Shown here: positions 56,417 through 64,000 of the stretch, one piece after another
Position numbering within the stretch: position 1 is the stretch's first letter
Layout of the letters: each line of letters opens with the position of its first letter
Origin: Thalia democratica
Lineage: Eukaryota
Assembly (NCBI GenBank): GCA_965202585.1
Contig: OZ241829.1
Span: 33,480,001-33,544,000, forward strand
Length of the DNA stretch: 64,000 bases
Direction: 5' to 3'
The notes under the pieces: model-generated
What the model saw: the letters and a program-made list of their open reading frames with translations, nothing else
Databases searched by the model: none
What the model was told of the DNA's origin: nothing
Position numbers and translations under genes: made by a program

Positions 56417-59400
56417 AACCATTACTTCTTAGGTACACACTTCCTATTTAGTTGCAGATTTGGGCTGTATTTAAAGTGTGTACTACATAAAAGAATTACT
56501 GTACTTGTTTTTGTTACAAACATTACAACAGTTGATAGCACACTTTTAGATTCAAAGAGTCAAGTATTGTTTAACTACTCAAAAAATTACAAAAGTAAGC
56601 AAACTTTGTCTCACATATTTTTTGTTATTTTAAAATTACTATATTATTGTTGCCAGCTGACTGTAAACACCATTAAAAAATGGTAAAAACCATTTTTTTA
56701 TATTATTTATATATAAATAGTTATTATAATTATAATGTATATATATATACATATTTATTCATATATATATAACAACTAACAATTTCATGACAATTTGTTT
56801 ATTTGATAGCAGCAAATTAACCTTATTGCAATGTAGGAACAAAACTTTTTCACTTATAATTTTATATATTTCTAAAATGAAACAAACTAAGTAAATAGAT
56901 TATAAGTCATGTAATACATAAATGTACAAATTATTATGTAAACATAACACACAAAACTTGAGTAAATAGGGACTGACCAGAGCAATAAAAACACAATACA
57001 ACTAGTTCGCAAAAAGAAACTGCAAAATTTATTCAAAATTTTAGTTATCAAAAAACTAAGCAATTTAGTAGCGAAAAACTAAAAACAAGTTCTTTTGGAA
57101 AGTAAAATTTATATTTTTTGGAAAACTTAGTTCAGTATAACGTAAAAAATCCAGATATTTTTTTTTAACAATATACCGCCTAAAACCCATAAAACTGTTT
57201 TTAGTAAATTTTGTCAGAAAATCCAATGTGAAAATTGGCATACGAAAGATTTAAATTAAAATTATTGAAAATAGATTAATTTTAACAGATTTGAAAATTT
57301 TTCTTGGTGATAAACTAACCAACTTTAACAATATGGTTTAGTTTATACTTTATACTAGTTTAGCTGAAAATTATAGTAAAATATAATCAAATACAAATTG
57401 AAGACAATAAATTAAAGCAGCCTAAATAATGTTGAACCATATTAGTAGATAATTTTTGAATATTCATTTAAATAAGCAGAAATTATTTTTATTAAATTTC
57501 AAGTAAAACTAATTTAACTTTGTTACACTTTTACATTTAAAATATAATTAAAAGATAATAAAACAAAATAATTTTGAAAGACTAATTACAATCTACATTA
57601 CTTGTTTTTTTAAATATTTCTCACTAGTAATGTCTAGTTTTTTACTTAATACTATTTGTAAGCACTTGTACAATTTAGTATGTTTAATTCTTTACAAAAC
57701 TATATTTTTTTCTTAGAAATTACTAAATAACTTGGTCTATCGCTTACAAATAAACTTGCACTTACTTTTTAAATATTGTTTTTTGACAAATATACTATAG
57801 TTGAAAACTATTGTTAGTATTCTATCAACTAGGCTATTAAAGTTTTTACTTCAAAAGATCACATCTTACTAATATGATTGTTTCATAAATTCAGATTTTA
57901 AAATAATTCGAATAGTTATTTTTGACGATGAATAATTTTTTAACTTAAACTTTCTATTTACCAATCTACCAATCAATTTTGAGTAATTTTTAATTTTATA
58001 AACTTAAACTTTGATATTTATAAGTTTCATTTCTTTTAAAATACTTAAAGTTTTAGGATTTTAGACCATTACTACTATAAAAAGTAGTATGAAAGATAAT
58101 CCCAACTTTTTTCAAAAACCTTAAGATATAGTGTTTTATTTATATTATAGTTTTAGAAAACATAAGCTTTTATAGATCTTTAAACTGTGAGTGTTTACAA
58201 GTAGTTTTGCCAGAGGATAATATTTAAAAATAAGAAATAATTTTTATAACATACAATAAGTTTTTACACATTTTTGTATAAAACTGTACTTGAGTGTTAA
58301 ACTTTTTATAGCATAGTTTTAAACGCTAAAGTCGTGATGAATTTAATTTCAACAGACTGCTTTAAACGTTTGAAAGTTTAAACTAAATTTATTTAAACAG
58401 CATATCATTTTTTTATTGAAGTTTTATTCATAACTACTTAAAACAAAGTCGTTAAGCTTTGCCTTACTTATTAAACTTTTAGATTTTTGCTTATATAAAA
58501 ACAGTAAGTCATTTAGCTTTTTTTATTAATTTTTAACACATTAAACATAACACAACTGCCTAAAAAAAATTTCATAAGTAAATTAACATTGTAAACTAAG
58601 TTAATTTGTAACCTTCATAGAGTTAAAAATATAGTTTTACTAGTTCTGTAACTATCAAAGAAAACATCGGTGAGATTCAACATAGCCTAAGCCTGGACTT
58701 TCGTATGCCATGAGAAAAGCTCAAGTTAATATTAAAGTTTGATCGTTCCACCAAAGTTCTGTAACTAGTGATAACTATTCGATTTAAAATTTAATCTTTA
58801 TTTATTTACTATCTCTTCTTTTTGTCTAGACTTGTTAGATACTGCTTGTTTTATAACAACCTTATTTACCATCTTATATCACATCAGTAAGTATATTAAA
58901 AAGTTTATATTATTCATCGTCGTTATAATTTAAAAGTAAAAGTCATGTGTTAAAACTATACTGTGTTTTTTGTTAAAACTATACTGCGTACTTTTATAGA
59001 AAAGTATACTTATTTTAAAAAGGACTTTGTTTGTTAAGTAAAAAGTTACAAGCTACACTACTCAAACTTTACTTTTTTGTGTAAAAGAGATTGAAATTAA
59101 GTAAAATAGCTAAAATTTATAAAAGTTACAATGAATTATCGATGAAATTTACTAAACACCATTCTGTAGCACATACATTTGAGTCCGATTTTAAAGCAAA
59201 GGTGTTTCTTCTAATATTTGCTGAATCATCAATTATTATTTTTTTTTACACCCTTAACCCTAACCCATCTTACCCAAAATATTTTTTTTTCATTTATGAC
59301 CTTAGCCCTAACCCACTTTACCCAAACATATTAAAAACTAATTAAAATATAAAGTTTTTTTTTTTTTATGCTCACTCAGCAAGTATTGGGGGATTTCTGT

Positions 59401-62400
59401 TACATCACAAAAGGACTCCATACATTTGAATCCAAACAGGCTGAACTAAAATTAGAAATTTTTAAATTGAATTATTGTAAACTAAATAACATTTTCAAAT
59501 TTATTAAAAAATAAATATAAAGTAACTAAAGATTTTATCAAAATGGTTCTTTAAGCTAAATAAAAAAAGTAGACGAAATTCATTTATAGATGAATTTTAG
59601 TCTACTTCGTATATCTCAAATGATAAGATAGATAGTTATGTTATACATTTGTCAAGTATAATATAAATTACACTATGTTTTGAAATTTCAAGTATTATAT
59701 TATTATGAATGCTTGTTTAATATATATGTTTTTTTGCTCAAAAACTTTTAATATAAACAGTTTTTTGCTCAGTGAACACATCAGTATACAAAAATCCGTT
59801 TTTTTAATTAAAAAAATAATTTTAGCATTTGTATGGCACTTTTAAAAATAAAAGTTTTCGCATTAAACTTAATTAATAAATCTAAAGTATCTTTAAATAA
59901 GAGAGAAACATAATACATTTTTAGTAAATAACATTTTGAAGAAAATATTGAAATATCACTATATTAGTAAGGTGGTCGATTAGTTAAAATCGGCAGTTAT
60001 TTAATGAATTATAAGAATCAAAACTTTATGATGAAAATTAAACATTATGATGAAAATATCAAAGTAAAAGACATGTGGTAAATACTTTGATATAACCTAT
60101 TTTTTAAGAGCTTAATAACTAAAATTAAAAAAATTTTCTTTCACATATGTTTATTTTCAACTAGTTACTAAATGTAGTTAAACTTTGGGAATCAACATTT
60201 ATAACATTTTAAGAAAAATGGTGAATTGTTATTTAATAACAAACATAACCATCATTTTTTAAATTATATTAGAACTGTCAATTGTAAACTTCAAGCAAAT
60301 AATTAAAAACTTTTCGTATTAAATAAAAGCTCTATTATAACATGAATTGAATATGATATCGCAATAAAATTTTACTTTAAAAACCTCTTTCAGCTGACTT
60401 TAATTCAACACCAGCAAATAGTGAAACTCTCTAGCTAATATTTACTTCTTAAAAGCTCAACAATCTTTTTTTAAATCTAGCAAAAAAGTTTAATCAAACA
60501 TGTTAACACAAGTAAAGTTTCTTGTAAGACAACATATTTTTGAATAATCAAACATTTATAAGGTGTATCACAGGCAACAACACTATTTCAGTATCATGTA
60601 ACAAAATAAATATTTTTCGGTAAAAAATATTTTATATCAATTTTCGATAGCAACGTAATAATCTAAATTAAACACATTTAAATGGACTTTATTTTATAAC
60701 TCTATTTTACAACTAACAACTATCATTTCATTTAAACAATGTTTATTTCAAAACCTTTTAAGGTAGCTCATCTAGTTTTTTTTTTTTTTAATTTTTGTAT
60801 TAATCCCTAAAATTTTATTTTTTTAACTTCGATAGCTACTTCATAATTAAATTATCCACATTAGAATTTACTTCAACTTATGACTTATACCACTAACAAC
60901 TATCGTTTTATTTAAACGATGGTTATTTTTTAAAGCTTGCAAGATGAAAAAAAGCCTATTATTTGTTATTCTAATCCTTTTGACTATTAACTACTAAGCA
61001 AAAACAAAACTAAAGTTTAAATTTTACCATACATTTAACCTTAAGATTTAAATTTAGTTGCTTCGTTTTTTAAGTAAAAAATTATTTTGTTCAGTTTTTT
61101 AGTTTGGTTTACATACTATTTTCTATGATTGTTAAACATAGAAAATAGTTAAACAATGATTGTTAGATTTTATGTAAGTACTGTCAAGGTCTTTGACAAT
61201 AACTTAGTTTACCAGATAAAGTCTTAAAATAATTAACTATATACATTTCCTCTAGAAGTATAAATTTTTGCATATTGTTTTCAATAAATCAAAACATATA
61301 ACAACAAATTTTTCAGTAATGAATTTATATAACGTAAAGATCAATTAGAGTACCTTAATTTGCTCAATTTGTAAGTACACTATCTTCTGAAAAAACTAAA
61401 TATTTTTACAAAGTAACTTTTTAATCTTTTGAGCTTGATCTTATTAAGCTAGATACTGTTTATGTTATTACTATTATTGTTAAATCTTATTTATAATACT
61501 AATTTTATATAAACTTGTAAACTGAAACTTTAGCATTCGAGTACAAAGTTTAACTAGTTTAACAAGCATTCTATTAAAAGATGCTACAAAAAATATCGTT
61601 TTAATTATCTTAAAAATCGCTATCTCACTTTAGAATTTAGATTCGCCCCTGTTTAATTTTAAAATATAATTGGTTAAATTTTAAGTTTTGATATAATAGG
61701 TCACTAAAAATCAACCGTGACGTTTCGGCTACTTGATGAAAGCACTAATATTGTGACAATTAGAAAATATATAATTTACATAAAAGCCTGCTTTATCTTA
61801 AAAATATTGTAATACAAAAAAAATCTAACACCGTTAAGGTTTTTATGATGACATTTTTATTTTTTTTTATTTAGACTGCAAACTTAAAAAAATTGCTGGT
61901 AAAGTAAATTTAAAGGAAGAGTTAGAGTTTTAGAGATAAATTTTGAAAAGCGCTTAAACAAAGTTATTATATAAAAGATTTTTAAAGTTAGCATTTTATT
62001 TATAAGAATTTATAAAATTTTACACTATGTGTTCTTAACTCAAAGACTTACTTTTATCAGAGTAAGTAATATGTCATAAAATGTTTGTATCTCTTCAAGA
62101 AATCAAACACAGTTCTTAAAAAAATGAAAATAAGATAAGCTTGTATGATTTTTTTATTTTGTTTATCTTAAAATTGATTATAAAACATTTCAGAAGACAG
62201 CTAATTTGTTTTATGAGATGAATAAGCTAATTTCAACTCGTTATTGGTTCGAAATCCTGCTAGTCAATACCTATATATTTTATGTATTTTAACAAAGTTA
62301 GTTAACTACTAGTTTTATTTTTAATTTTTATGGATAAAATTTTACTATAACAAATCTGGCTATTTAAAAACAACAAACTACCTTCTAATTGTGAAATTTT

Positions 62401-63879
62401 CACATGTAATCGATGTGACAAAAGAAATTGCTTGTGTTTAAACATTGTTTCAAATAAAAAGCAACGCAACCTGAAATACCCTGTGATCAAACTAAAAATC
62501 TTTAATTACATGATTTTAATTTTAATATAAATTTAATTTTTTCCAAGGTAAATATTGATGAAGAACTGACTACGCAAATAACAAATAATTAATTGATACA
62601 CGTATCCAATTAAAAACGCACAACTAACTGAGCTAAATATTTATTTAAATCTTACCTGAGCTACACCTTATGGAACAACTGACCATGAAAATAACAAATT
62701 ATTATGTTTCAGTAAAAGTTATTATTTTTGGGTGGTCTGATGGTATAGGGGTCTTAATGACCGCTTTAAAACTCTCTGAGTTGAACTGCTAAATTGAAAC
62801 TTAGTGGTTGACAGGACAATAAAGTCATGTCCAGGAAAAACTGTGCATATTTTTATCGTTACATAGTTTTTTTTGGGCTAGTAACTTTAAAAGAATAAAA
62901 CTTTTTAATAATATCAAAAATATCCATTTTCTTGTTTTTATGTTTTAAAGCTATGACATTTGTTTTTAACTTACAAGTTTTGACATTGGTCCTTACTAAA
63001 ATCAAAGCATATTTTGAAGGTTTAATTTATATTCTTCTTTGACAACTCAACCATACAAATTTCTCAATTTATGAAGCCTGGAGTGAAATGTCTTAATAAA
63101 GACACAGAGTCAATTATATGTATTGTATTGGAGAAAAGAAGAACATTGAGGTATTAACATTCTAAATACATTCACAAAACTATGAAAGTATACATAGTAT
63201 TTGTTTAAATTCTATTTGTTATTATATAAATATTATCAGTAGAATTTGAAAAAATACTATTTATATATTATAGAAAACCATAATTTACAAAGTTAATATT
63301 TAGAAAAATATATTATGTTAAGTCATTGCTTGCTAAGTTATTTTAGTTTTTATATACTTTATAATTTCTATTTACGTATATTGCATACAAATCTTACAAC
63401 AATTGTGTTTTTGATAGATTAATTGTCTTAATTTTGATGACCTTTAAATTTGAAAAAATACTTAAATTCTAGATCTATTTTCTTTATAATTTCTATTGTC
63501 ACATCAGAATAATTTTTTTTAATCAATTATCTTAATATTTTTGACTTCTGACTTCATTCAATAAAGTCTAACTAAAAAAAACCGTAATTACCTAGCGTGA
63601 TATTACACCAAGATCAAACTGATTTTTTATTTATTTTAGGTCTATTTTTACAATAATTTTAAGCTAAATTATGAAATGTTATAAATACATAAATAATAAA
63701 ATAAAACTTATTTATCACAAAAAAATAAAAATTGAATATTTTATTGCTTTCATTTTACAATATAAATACAGATTATAGCAATACAATATTTGGTAAATAC
63801 GTAGGATGATGTTGAACCAATATCAAGCTGAACTTATATTTATTTAATGTCTTTTATAACCATAATTTTAGGCTAAAAA

Positions 63880-64000
63880 ATATTGATCTACCAAGTCCAA
63901 AAATTTTGGATTTGACCAAATCCGAGTCTTATTTTCAAATTAGGATTTGGCCAAGGCCGAGTCCAAATCCAAATCTTATTTTTAAATTAGGATTTGACTG
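63880..64000. repeat. Internally repetitive element (ccgagtc/ggattt units), cut by the window end
   Basis: tcttatttt..aaattaggatttg occurs twice; aaatcc and ccgagtc repeats. Confidence 0.45.

Noticed and set aside
59190-59266. TTAGGG-like motifs (aaccctaacc)
   Set aside because: Only two short degenerate units; not a telomeric array.

Overview
AT-rich animal genomic DNA (invertebrate; a tunicate-like genome is a guess, not shown). It holds two co-oriented multi-exon genes on the minus strand, which I assembled by hand with consistent phases and GT-AG introns. One is a UBE3B-type IQ/HECT E3 ligase (22 coding exons, 28336->10652, 1162 aa). The other is a WDR20/DMWD WD40 gene (8 coding exons, 53169->37550, ~656 aa; last exon uncertain). 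Introns and intergenic DNA carry hAT elements and MITEs, a pogo/Tc1-like MITE, a Kolobok-like TTAA MITE nested in another MITE, CR1/L2-type LINE fragments and a SINE-like family. Most unusual observations: (1) 15 of 28 donors start GTT, six are GTTTG, and only one is GTAAGT. (2) Many acceptors are A-rich and 4 of 28 end in AAG. (3) GC3 rises from about 20-36% in 5' exons to 80-90% in some internal exons. (4) Splice-acceptor junctions have been copied locally, including a stop-containing decoy acceptor, and two ~100-bp inserts carry 13-15-bp flanking repeats. (5) All copies of a splice-site-rich MITE family lie in one orientation.
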